From positions 1-52,365 of the IMG/VR virus record IMGVR_UViG_3300007960_000033: a stretch of DNA of 52,365 nucleotides, one strand, 5' to 3'. The notes beneath the pieces were generated by a model, which saw only the letters and a program-made list of their open reading frames with translations, was not told where the DNA came from and ran no database searches. The translations under genes and the position numbers were made by a program. This stretch comes from a virus. Taxonomy: Duplodnaviria > Caudoviricetes. This document shows, in pieces, positions 44,265 to 52,365 of the stretch. Each line of letters starts with the position of its first letter. Position 1 is the first letter of the stretch.

Positions 44265-44855
44265 ATGACAGAAAGTTATAAAAAATTTGAGTATGAAAGT
44301 GTACAAAATAGAAACTTTTTATCAACAGTAAAATTTAGATTTATTTTGAACAGAGCACCGAAAGTTTCTTTCTTTGCAAACTCTGTCAATATTCCAGGAA
44401 TGACTCTTGGTGTGGCAGAACAACCAAACTATCTCAATCCAATACCAGTTCCTGGGGATAATATGGTTTTTGATGATTTTAATCTTAGATTTCTTGTTGA
44501 TGAAGATTTAAGAAACTATATGGAAATACAGCATTGGATGAGAGGTTTAGGATTTCCAGAAAATCTAGCAGAAATATATGATTTTCAAAATAACCTAGAA
44601 GCATATCAAAACGTACCAGATTATAAAACTGATATGAACTTATATTCTGATGGAACATTATTAGTAACTACTAGCAATGAAAATAATAACTATAATATTA
44701 TTTTTAAACGAATGTTTCCATATAGATTATCAGAATTAAATTTTGATGCCACAAGTACGGATGAAGAATATTTTACAGCTGATGTCAGTTTTAAATATAT
44801 GATGTATAATATTACAGACTCTCAAGGAGAATTTTTAAGAAACGTATATGATTGA
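44265..44855 (+). CDS. gp3: Tail tube terminator / tail completion protein
   Basis: NRNFLS...IPG.TLG...PGD...FLVDEDL.NY; CTAAATA late box at 44240-44246. Confidence 0.9.
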   Translation: MTESYKKFEYESVQNRNFLSTVKFRFILNRAPKVSFFANSVNIPGMTLGVAEQPNYLNPIPVPGDNMVFDDFNLRFLVDEDLRNYMEIQHWMRGLGFPENLAEIYDFQNNLEAYQNVPDYKTDMNLYSDGTLLVTTSNENNNYNIIFKRMFPYRLSELNFDATSTDEEYFTADVSFKYMMYNITDSQGEFLRNVYD

Positions 44856-45282
44856 TCTTGAAAAAATACAATCTATGTGGGAAAATGATTCCAAAATAGA
44901 TATTGATAATCTTCACGAAGAAAGTTTAAAATGTCCATCATTACATGCAAAGTATTTTGATTTGTATAATAACATAGTTTTATTGAGAAAAAAAGCAGAT
45001 CAGCAGAAAAGAAAAATAAGGCACGAAAAGCATCAATATTATTCTGGTAAAGCAGATCCAGATGTTTATATTGAAAATCCTTTTCCCAAAAAAATAAGAG
45101 ATAAAACTGATATGGAAAGATATTTAGATGCTGATCAAAGTTTATCTCAAATAACTTTAAAAGTAGAATATTATGATGTTATGTTAAAATATATTGAAGA
45201 TATTTTAAAGCAGATTCATAATAGAACATATCAAATTAAAAACTCTATTGAGTTTATGAGATTTCAATCAGGGTTAGGATAA
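44848..45282 (+). CDS. uvsY: Recombination mediator
   Basis: W..DSKID...LH.KY; YYSGKA; R.YQIKNSIEF; position upstream of uvsW. Confidence 0.9.
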   Translation: MIDLEKIQSMWENDSKIDIDNLHEESLKCPSLHAKYFDLYNNIVLLRKKADQQKRKIRHEKHQYYSGKADPDVYIENPFPKKIRDKTDMERYLDADQSLSQITLKVEYYDVMLKYIEDILKQIHNRTYQIKNSIEFMRFQSGLG

Positions 45283-45319
45283 GCACACATAAATAAGTAT
45301 AACAAAGATTTTTTGTTAT

Positions 45320-46783
45320 ATGTGTGACGTAAAAATACATAAAAAGAATGAGGTTTACATTAAGTTAGAATGTGAACCTCATATTTTATATGAAATGCAA
45401 GAATATTTTACATTTGAGGTTCCTGGTGCAAAGTTTATGCCTCAGATGAGAAGTAAGCATTGGGATGGAATGATACGCCTTCTTTCAGTTCATACTGGAG
45501 AAATATATGTTGGTTTATTGGATAAAGTTATTGAAAAGTTAAAACTACACAATTATACATACGAGTTTATAGAAAATAAGTTTTATGGTCTTCCATTTGA
45601 AGTAAATGAAGAAATTTCATTAGAAGGCGTAAAAGATTATATGCATTCTATATGTGCTTTCAAACCTCGTGATTATCAAATTGAGGCAGTATATGGTGCT
45701 CTAAGGTATAACAGAAAATTATTAATAAGCCCCACTGCATCTGGCAAATCGTTGATGATTTATTCTGTTGTAAGATATTATGTGGATAAAAATAAAAAAA
45801 TTCTTTTAGTTGTTCCAACGACATCTCTTGTAGAGCAGATGTACAAGGATTTCCAAGATTATGGTTGGGATGCTGATTCATATTGTCATAAGATTTATAG
45901 TGGTAGAGAAAAAACAAATAATTGCCAAGTAACAATAACAACTTGGCAATCTATCTACAAGTTGGAGAAAAGTTGGTATTCAGAATATGATGTAGTGATT
46001 GGAGATGAAGCTCATCTTTTCAAAAGCAAGTCTCTGATAAGCATAATGAATAAGTTACATTCATGCAAATATAGATTTGGGTTCACAGGAACTTTAGACG
46101 GCACACAGACGCATAAATGGGTCTTAGAAGGAGTTTTTGGACCATCATATAAAGTAACAAGAACTAAAGAGTTAATGGATAAAGGACATCTATCTAAACT
46201 TAATATAAGATGCTTAACTCTAAAACACAATCCCCAAAAGTTTAATACTTTTGAAGATGAAGTTCAATTCATTATTAATAATACAAAAAGGAATAAGTTC
46301 ATTAAAAACTTAGTGGTAAGTTTAACAGGAAATACTCTTGTTCTGTTTTCACGAATAGAAGGTCATGGTGTTCCACTTTTTGAACTAATAAATAATTCTA
46401 CCGAAGAGAACAGAAAAGTATTTTTTGTTCATGGAGGTGTTGATACAGTCGAGAGAGAAAAAGTTAGAGAAATAACGGAAAGAGAAAATAATGCAATCAT
46501 TATTGCTTCTTACGGAGTATTCTCTACTGGCATTAACATTAAAAACTTACATAACGTTGTTTTTGCATCCCCAAGTAAATCAAGAATAAGAAACCTACAA
46601 TCTATAGGTAGAGTTCTAAGAAAAGGGAATAATAAAACAAAAGCAGTTCTTTATGATATTGCTGATGATTGTACATATAACTCACAAAAAAATTATACTT
46701 TAAATCACTTTATTGAAAGAATAAAAATATATAACGAAGAAAACTTTAACTATGAAATAATCCCAGTTAACTTATCTCTATGA
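45320..46783 (+). CDS. uvsW: SF2 DNA helicase
   Basis: PRDYQ; SPTASGKS; DEAH; GFTGT; QSIGRVLR; ATAAATA late box at 45289-45295. Confidence 0.96.
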   Translation: MCDVKIHKKNEVYIKLECEPHILYEMQEYFTFEVPGAKFMPQMRSKHWDGMIRLLSVHTGEIYVGLLDKVIEKLKLHNYTYEFIENKFYGLPFEVNEEISLEGVKDYMHSICAFKPRDYQIEAVYGALRYNRKLLISPTASGKSLMIYSVVRYYVDKNKKILLVVPTTSLVEQMYKDFQDYGWDADSYCHKIYSGREKTNNCQVTITTWQSIYKLEKSWYSEYDVVIGDEAHLFKSKSLISIMNKLHSCKYRFGFTGTLDGTQTHKWVLEGVFGPSYKVTRTKELMDKGHLSKLNIRCLTLKHNPQKFNTFEDEVQFIINNTKRNKFIKNLVVSLTGNTLVLFSRIEGHGVPLFELINNSTEENRKVFFVHGGVDTVEREKVREITERENNAIIIASYGVFSTGINIKNLHNVVFASPSKSRIRNLQSIGRVLRKGNNKTKAVLYDIADDCTYNSQKNYTLNHFIERIKIYNEENFNYEIIPVNLSL

Positions 46784-47184
46784 TGGAAGAAGATTTTTAT
46801 GCATCAATTAAATTTAAAAATGGTGAAGAAATATTTGCAATAGTTTCTCACTCTGAAGAAGAAGGAGAAGATTTACTAATAGTAACTAATCCTATTACAG
46901 TAAAAGAACTGAAAACAAGACATGGACATGGATATAAAGTTGAACCTTGGTTAAAGACAACTGATGAGGATATGTTTATTGTTAAGATGAATGATATTTT
47001 GACAATCAGTCAATCAAATAACATGGAAATGATAAAAATGCACACATCATTTACAAAAAAGTTTGGTATCTCCTCTAAAAGATCTCTAAATGATACTGAT
47101 TCTGAAATAACTAGAGATATGGGATATGTTTCTAGCGTCTCTAGATTTAAAGAGATTTTAGAAAAGATCTATAATAATAGCTAA
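46780..47184 (+). CDS. Hypothetical protein, possibly Sm-like fold
   Basis: FYASIKFKNGEEIFA...VEPW; coupled to uvsW. Confidence 0.8.
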   Translation: MMEEDFYASIKFKNGEEIFAIVSHSEEEGEDLLIVTNPITVKELKTRHGHGYKVEPWLKTTDEDMFIVKMNDILTISQSNNMEMIKMHTSFTKKFGISSKRSLNDTDSEITRDMGYVSSVSRFKEILEKIYNNS

Positions 47185-47210
47185 ATTAATCATCAAAGAG
47201 CGACAAAGAG

Positions 47211-47240
47211 ATTATACACGAATTCTTGGGGTCTTGTCAA
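47211..47240 (-). promoter_or_regulatory. Antisense sigma70 promoter
   Basis: Minus strand reads TTGACA (47240-47235), N18, TATAAT (47216-47211). Confidence 0.7.
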
Positions 47241-47241
47241 G

Positions 47242-47269
47242 TTGATTAATCTTCTGAATATGTTATAAT
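47242..47269 (+). promoter_or_regulatory. Sigma70-like promoter for gp55
   Basis: TTGATT, N16, TATAAT with an extended TG. Confidence 0.75.
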
Positions 47270-47294
47270 ATCTATATATTATTCAGCAATAAAA

Positions 47295-47834
47295 ATGATT
47301 TATACAACAATGCCTAGAGGAAAAAGATCAGAACACTATGTCAACAATAAAGAGTTTCTTTCTGCTCTTATTGATTACCAAATTTCTGTAGAAAAATCTT
47401 ATTTTAATGAGTTTGGTAAAATTCCAACCAAAGAAGAAAGATCGAAGTTGTGGGATACAAAACCAGTAATACCAAAGTATATTGGACAATGTTTTTTAAA
47501 GATTGCAACTCATCTTTCATATAAAACAAACTTTATCAATTATTTGTTTATTGATGATATGATTTCAGATGGAATAGAAAACTGCGTCCAATATATTCAT
47601 AACTTTAACTCTGATAAATCAAAGAATCCTTTTGCGTATTTTACTCAGATTATTCATTATGCATTTTTGAGAAGAATACAAAAAGAAAAAAGGCAGTTAG
47701 AGATTAAGAATAAAATATTAGAAAAAACAGGATATGATGAGGTATTTTGGGATGATACAAATACCATTGACAACTCAAATTATTCTGACTATAATAGCAT
47801 TAAAGAAAGCGTTCACATGAAAATCAGGTATTAA
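47295..47834 (+). CDS. gp55: Late transcription sigma factor
   Basis: HYVNNKEF; DMISDGIENC; NPFAYFTQII.YAFLRRI.KEK. Confidence 0.96.
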   Translation: MIYTTMPRGKRSEHYVNNKEFLSALIDYQISVEKSYFNEFGKIPTKEERSKLWDTKPVIPKYIGQCFLKIATHLSYKTNFINYLFIDDMISDGIENCVQYIHNFNSDKSKNPFAYFTQIIHYAFLRRIQKEKRQLEIKNKILEKTGYDEVFWDDTNTIDNSNYSDYNSIKESVHMKIRY

Positions 47835-48886
47835 TGAAAGTAGCTATTATTACAGACACTCATTATGGAGCCCGCAAGGGATCTAAAGTATTTCATGACT
47901 ACTTTGAACTTTTTTATAAAAATATATTCTTTCCTACACTTGAAAAGTATAAAATAAATACCATAATTCATATGGGAGATGCTTTTGATAGTCGTAAATC
48001 AATAGAATATACTTCACTAGAATGGTCTAAGGAAGTAGTTTTTGATCCGCTTTCAAAATATGATGTCCATATGATAGTAGGAAATCATGATACATATTTT
48101 AAAAATACTAGTAAAGTAAATTCTCCAGATTTACTTCTTAAACAATATCCAAATATAAAAACATATTCTAATCCGCAAGAAGTAACTATTGGTGGACTTG
48201 ATATTTTATTTTTACCTTGGATAAATGAAAACAATCAAGATACTTCTCTTTCTCTTATTAAAAATACAAAATGTTCTTGTGCAATGGGACATCTTGAAAT
48301 AAATGGTTTTAGAGTTAATCCTCAGATTGTTATGGATCATGGAATAGAAAGCACCCCATTCAAAAAGTTTTCTAAAGTTTTTTCTGGACATTATCATACC
48401 AGATCTGATGATGGAAGAATTTTTTACTTGGGAAATCCTTACGAAATGTTTTGGAGTGATGTGGACGACACAAGAGGATTTACAATATTTGATACAGAAA
48501 CTTTAGAACATTTTCATATCAATAATCCATATAAACTTTTTCATGTTTTAGAATATGATGATAAAAATGAAAAAGATTCATTTAAATATTTGCATTTTGA
48601 TTCATCAGAATATGAAAATAAGTTTATTAAAGTTATTGTAAAAAATAAAACAAAACCAAAACAATATGAAAAGTTCTTAGACAAGATTTATCAATCAAAT
48701 GCTCATGAAGTAAAAATAACAGAACTTTTTACTTCTGAAGAAATGTTTGTTGAAGATGAAATTGATTTGGAAAATACAGTTTCTATTTTAGATAAACATA
48801 TCGAAGAGACTGATATTGATTTAAATAAAAATGAAATAAAGAGAATAGTTAGAAAAATATATAAAGAAGCGTTTGAGATTTCTTAA
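47834..48886 (+). CDS. gp47: Recombination endonuclease (Mre11/SbcD-like)
   Basis: DTHYG; GDAFD; GNHD; SGHYH metallophosphoesterase motifs. Confidence 0.95.
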   Translation: MKVAIITDTHYGARKGSKVFHDYFELFYKNIFFPTLEKYKINTIIHMGDAFDSRKSIEYTSLEWSKEVVFDPLSKYDVHMIVGNHDTYFKNTSKVNSPDLLLKQYPNIKTYSNPQEVTIGGLDILFLPWINENNQDTSLSLIKNTKCSCAMGHLEINGFRVNPQIVMDHGIESTPFKKFSKVFSGHYHTRSDDGRIFYLGNPYEMFWSDVDDTRGFTIFDTETLEHFHINNPYKLFHVLEYDDKNEKDSFKYLHFDSSEYENKFIKVIVKNKTKPKQYEKFLDKIYQSNAHEVKITELFTSEEMFVEDEIDLENTVSILDKHIEETDIDLNKNEIKRIVRKIYKEAFEIS

Positions 48887-49144
48887 ATGTATATAATAAC
48901 TATAGATGGAAGAGAAGACGATGGTGCTTACTCAGTACGAGATGAATATGGGGAAAAAATCTTGTATATTTTTGAAGAAGAAGATGATGCTGTAAGATTT
49001 GCTATGATGCTTGAAGAAAATGGCTCACCTAAAATGAACTGTATAGAAGTTCAAGAAGAACTTTTAGTTCAAGCTTGTGAAATGCACGGGCATAAGTATA
49101 AAATATTTACCATCGATGATTTTGTAATACCACCAGATTTATGA
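48887..49144 (+). CDS. Hypothetical protein, 85 aa
   Basis: Clean ORF coupled between gp47 and gp46. Confidence 0.85.
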   Translation: MYIITIDGREDDGAYSVRDEYGEKILYIFEEEDDAVRFAMMLEENGSPKMNCIEVQEELLVQACEMHGHKYKIFTIDDFVIPPDL

Positions 49145-50853
49145 TTACTTTCAAAAAGATCAGATACAAAAATTTCCTTTCTTCTGGAAATAGTTTCACA
49201 GAAATAGATTTAAATAAGAGTAATACTACCTTGATTATTGGTCAGAATGGATCTGGAAAAAGTACTTTTTTGGATGCATTAACTTTTTCTCTTTTTAGTA
49301 AGTCTTTTAGAGGAATCAATAAACCACAACTAATAAATTCTACAAATGATAAAGATTGTTTGGTTGAGATTGAGTTCACTATAGGAACTGTAGATTGAAA
49401 AGTTTGTAGAGGAATAAAACCAAATATTTTTAAAATCTACAAAAATGATGAAATGCTAGATCAAGATTCATCTTCAGCAGAACAACAAAAATGGTTTGAG
49501 CAAAATGTTTTGAGAATGAACTACAGCTCATTTACTCAGATTGTTATTCTTGGTAGTAGTAACTTTGTTCCTTTTATGCAACTTCCTGCGGGAAGTCGTA
49601 GGGAAGTTATTGAAGATCTTCTTGATATTAAAATATTTTCTTTGATGAATCATGTCATAAAAGATAAACTTAAGAATCTCAAAAATGAAACTATTAAACT
49701 AGACTTAAAAAAAGAATCTCTAGAAGAAAAATGCCAAATGCAAAAAAGTTTTATTTTAGATATTGAAAATAGAGGGAAAGAATATATTAAAAGTAAAACA
49801 AAGGAGATTAATAATCTAATCTCAGAAGAAAATGAAATAGAAAAAGAAGTTATTGAATGTGAAGATAAGATAAATGATTTAAAAATACAGTTAGAAAAAT
49901 ATTCCAAAGCATCAGATAAGTTACGTAAGTTAGGAAATATTAAAGGAAAACTATCGCAAAAAGTTTCTACTATAGTAGAAGAATATAAGTTTTTTGAAGA
50001 AAATACGGTTTGCCCAACCTGTACTCAAAGTATAGAGAATACATTTAGGTTAAATAAGATTAGTGATGCTAAAATAAAAGCAAAAGATTTACAGAATGCT
50101 TATGATGAGCTTGAAAAAGCTATTAGTGATGAGGAAATAAGAGAACAAAAGTTCATCGAAATTTCTTCTGTAGTAACTAACTTAACGCATGACATTTCTA
50201 AAAAAAGCTCTAGGATTTCTTCCATACATGGACAAATCCAATCATTACAATATGAAGTTCAAAAAACTCTCACCGACAATGAAAACAGAACTATTGAAAA
50301 TGATAAACTAGAAAAGTTTCAACAAGATTTAGATGATTGTACTAAAGAATCTAAAATAGTTGAAGAAGAAATAGAAAATCATAAGTTTATATCAGAGTTA
50401 TTGAAAGATTCTGGAGTAAAGTCTAAAATCATAAAAAAATATCTTCCAATAATAAATAAACAGATTAATAGATATCTTGAGTTGATGGATTTTTACATCA
50501 ACTTTAAACTTGATGAAGAATTTAAGGAAACTGTAGAATCTCCTATTCATGAAGATTTTTCTTATCAATCTTTTAGTGAAGGAGAAAAACAAAGAATAGA
50601 TCTCGCTTTGCTTTTTGCATGGAGAGAAATTTCAAAGATTAAAAACTCCACTAATACAAACCTTTTGATCATGGATGAAATTTTTGATAGTTCTCTTGAT
50701 GGATATGGTACTGATGATTTTCTAAAAATTGTTAGATTTATAATCAAAGATTCTAATATCTTTGTCATCTCTCATAAAAATGGGTTAGAGGACAAATTTG
50801 AAAGTGTCATAAAGTTTGAGAAAGTTAAAGGTTTTTCCCGTATGGTTCCCTAA
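49141..50853 (+). CDS. gp46: Recombination ATPase (Rad50/SbcC-like) with one in-frame TGA at 49396-49398
   Basis: Walker A GQNGSGKS lies in the first track ORF; CPTC hook, FSEGE signature and LLIMDE Walker B lie in the second; both ORFs share one frame. Confidence 0.9.
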
Positions 50854-50867
50854 ACTGCTAAAGAACA

Positions 50868-51089
50868 ATGAACACCCCAAACTGGCAGCACCACTCCAAG
50901 AAAGAACAGAAACGAAAACTAAAACCGCAAGCACTGAGGCAAGCGAAAGCACGTCTTGCCCACTTTAAAAAGTGTCACATGACCTCGCCCAAAAAGCGAG
51001 GTTCTTTTGTATCGTATATTCATACGCAACAAACCAATGTCTGTTTCACACGAAATCAAGTCTCAACTTGCCAAACTTCTTGCTACTGA
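50868..51089 (+). CDS. Small basic protein (PNWQHHSKK motif); 3' end uncertain
   Basis: ATG 14 nt after the gp46 stop; K/R-rich first 45 aa; the frame runs through a terminator and into the next gene. Confidence 0.6.
   Translation: MNTPNWQHHSKKEQKRKLKPQALRQAKARLAHFKKCHMTSPKKRGSFVSYIHTQQTNVCFTRNQVSTCQTSCY
50981..51010 (+). terminator. Intrinsic terminator inside the small basic ORF
   Basis: GACCTCGC-CCAAAAA-GCGAGGTT followed by CTTTTGT. Confidence 0.7.
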
Positions 51090-52365
51090 GGATTTGGTGG
51101 TAGAGCATAAAAAAGTCTCCACTGCCTGCTTCAATGTCCATACTCGTGTTCTGACACTTCCTTTGTGGAATAAAGCAAGTGGTATCGTTTACGATCTTCT
51201 TGTTGGTCATGAAGTTGGACACGCACTGTTTACTCCTGATGAGGATTGGACGGATAAAGTAAAAATTCCTCCCCAATTCGTAAACATCGTTGAAGATGCT
51301 CGCATCGAGAAACTGATGAAGCGCAAGTATGCTGGACTTGCTAAAACTTTTTTCAATGGATACAAAGAACTTAACGAAGAAGATTTCTTCCAGATTGCTG
51401 ATGATGATATTTCTACCTTTAATCTTGCCGATCGTGTAAATCTTTATTTCAAGATTGGCAATTTTGTAACTCTTGATTTTAATCAAAAGGAGCAAGAAAT
51501 CCTTGATTTGATTTCTTATTCTGAAACTTTTGCTGATGTTTTGATTGCTGCAGAGGAACTTTACAAGTATTGTAAAAAAGAAAAAGAACAAGAACAAAAG
51601 ATTGCTGACCTTGATTCTCATGAAATGAAGGGAGATTCTCAGTCTCCTGCAAATGAGGTAATAGAGACTAATGATTCCTCTTCTGAGCAAGATAACGATA
51701 ACAATAACTCACAACCACAGGAAGATGATGGTTCTTATGGAGGCACAGCTCAAGGAGATCAAACTCCAACAAGTTTTGCTGAAGAAGAAAGTGAACCCGA
51801 AGTTCATACTGCAGATTCTTTAGAAGAAAAAATTCGTAATCTTGTTGGATATGATCAGTCTGAGAATACTTATGTAGAAGTTCCTGAATTAAATCTTAAT
51901 ACTATCATTGCCAAAAATTCTGATGTACATAAAGAGATTGATAATTCTTTTCAGTATCAGCAAAATCAACATAATGCATGGGCAAAAGATAAAGAAATCG
52001 TTCCCTCAAATCTTTACAAAGAATCTGATGTAGAGTTTAAAAAGTTCAAGTCTTCTGCACAGAAAGAAGTCAACTATCTTGTGAAAGAGTTTGAGTGCCG
52101 TAAAGCAGCAGACCAGTATGCTCGTGCGTCAACTGCTCGCACTGGTGTTCTTGATACTGCTCGTCTTCATACCTATAAGTATAATGAGGATTTGTTCAAG
52201 AAGGTTTCTGTGATTCCTGATGGTAAGAATCATGGTCTGGTATTTGTGTTGGACTGGAGTGGTTCTATGTCTCATGTAATGCTTGACACTTGCAAGCAAC
52301 TCTTCAACCTTGTGTGGTTCTGCAAAAAAGTTAATATTCCTTTTGAGGTTTATGCTTTCACCAAC
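51037..52365 (+). CDS. Peptidase / CobT-like protein (HExxH plus vWA), partial at 3' end (not in supplied track)
   Basis: MSVSHEIKSQLAKLLATE...HEVGH...NIVEDARIE; acidic linker; DWSGS MIDAS motif near 52252; frame stays open to the window end. Confidence 0.9.
   Translation, partial: MSVSHEIKSQLAKLLATEDLVVEHKKVSTACFNVHTRVLTLPLWNKASGIVYDLLVGHEVGHALFTPDEDWTDKVKIPPQFVNIVEDARIEKLMKRKYAGLAKTFFNGYKELNEEDFFQIADDDISTFNLADRVNLYFKIGNFVTLDFNQKEQEILDLISYSETFADVLIAAEELYKYCKKEKEQEQKIADLDSHEMKGDSQSPANEVIETNDSSSEQDNDNNNSQPQEDDGSYGGTAQGDQTPTSFAEEESEPEVHTADSLEEKIRNLVGYDQSENTYVEVPELNLNTIIAKNSDVHKEIDNSFQYQQNQHNAWAKDKEIVPSNLYKESDVEFKKFKSSAQKEVNYLVKEFECRKAADQYARASTARTGVLDTARLHTYKYNEDLFKKVSVIPDGKNHGLVFVLDWSGSMSHVMLDTCKQLFNLVWFCKKVNIPFEVYAFTN

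Noticed and set aside
33805-46783. Introns or inteins in gp17, gp20, gp23 or uvsW
   Set aside because: Lengths are typical, motifs are contiguous and no splicing signatures were seen
9203-50768. Many short antisense or alternate-frame ORFs inside structural and recombination genes
   Set aside because: They are fully nested in well-supported genes, lack motifs and are expected from codon bias
51046-51690. Minus-strand 214-aa ORF
   Set aside because: It is the antisense shadow of the plus-strand peptidase gene starting at 51037
1-52365. Genome-wide TGA-to-Trp recoding
   Set aside because: TGA ends gp18, gp22, gp23 and others at their expected C-termini and Trp is encoded by TGG; only one internal TGA was seen
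1-52365. tRNA or rRNA genes
   Set aside because: No cloverleaf or T-loop signature was recognised in the intergenic gaps by eye; tRNAscan was not run

Overview
This window is part of the genome of a T4-like cyanophage (Kyanoviridae-like myovirus), and every gene I can support is on the + strand. It opens with a 12-bp tandem repeat, a cluster of small, more GC-rich early-type genes with sigma70-like promoters, and a ~400-bp largely non-coding gap. A conserved glycosyltransferase-like gene and several small ORFs follow. The virion module comes next: gp25, gp6, a 4154-aa gp7, gp8, a 2573-aa VrlC/DUF4815-like protein, gp13-gp16, three inserted genes, gp17-gp23 and gp3. It is followed by uvsY, uvsW, gp55, gp47, gp46 (interrupted by one in-frame TGA) and a peptidase/CobT-like gene that runs off the window end. 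I added several real small ORFs missing from the supplied track. The most notable observations are: (1) a basic small ORF with an intrinsic terminator inside its reading frame, the non-stop architecture seen in arfA; (2) a 54-aa NblA-like ORF coupled to gp13; (3) a consensus antisense sigma70 promoter back-to-back with the gp55 promoter; (4) two paralogous candidate internal head proteins between the terminase genes; (5) a possible type-1 copper domain inserted in gp7; and (6) origin-like or structured non-coding elements near the window start. All family assignments come from reading motifs and gene order; no database searches were run.
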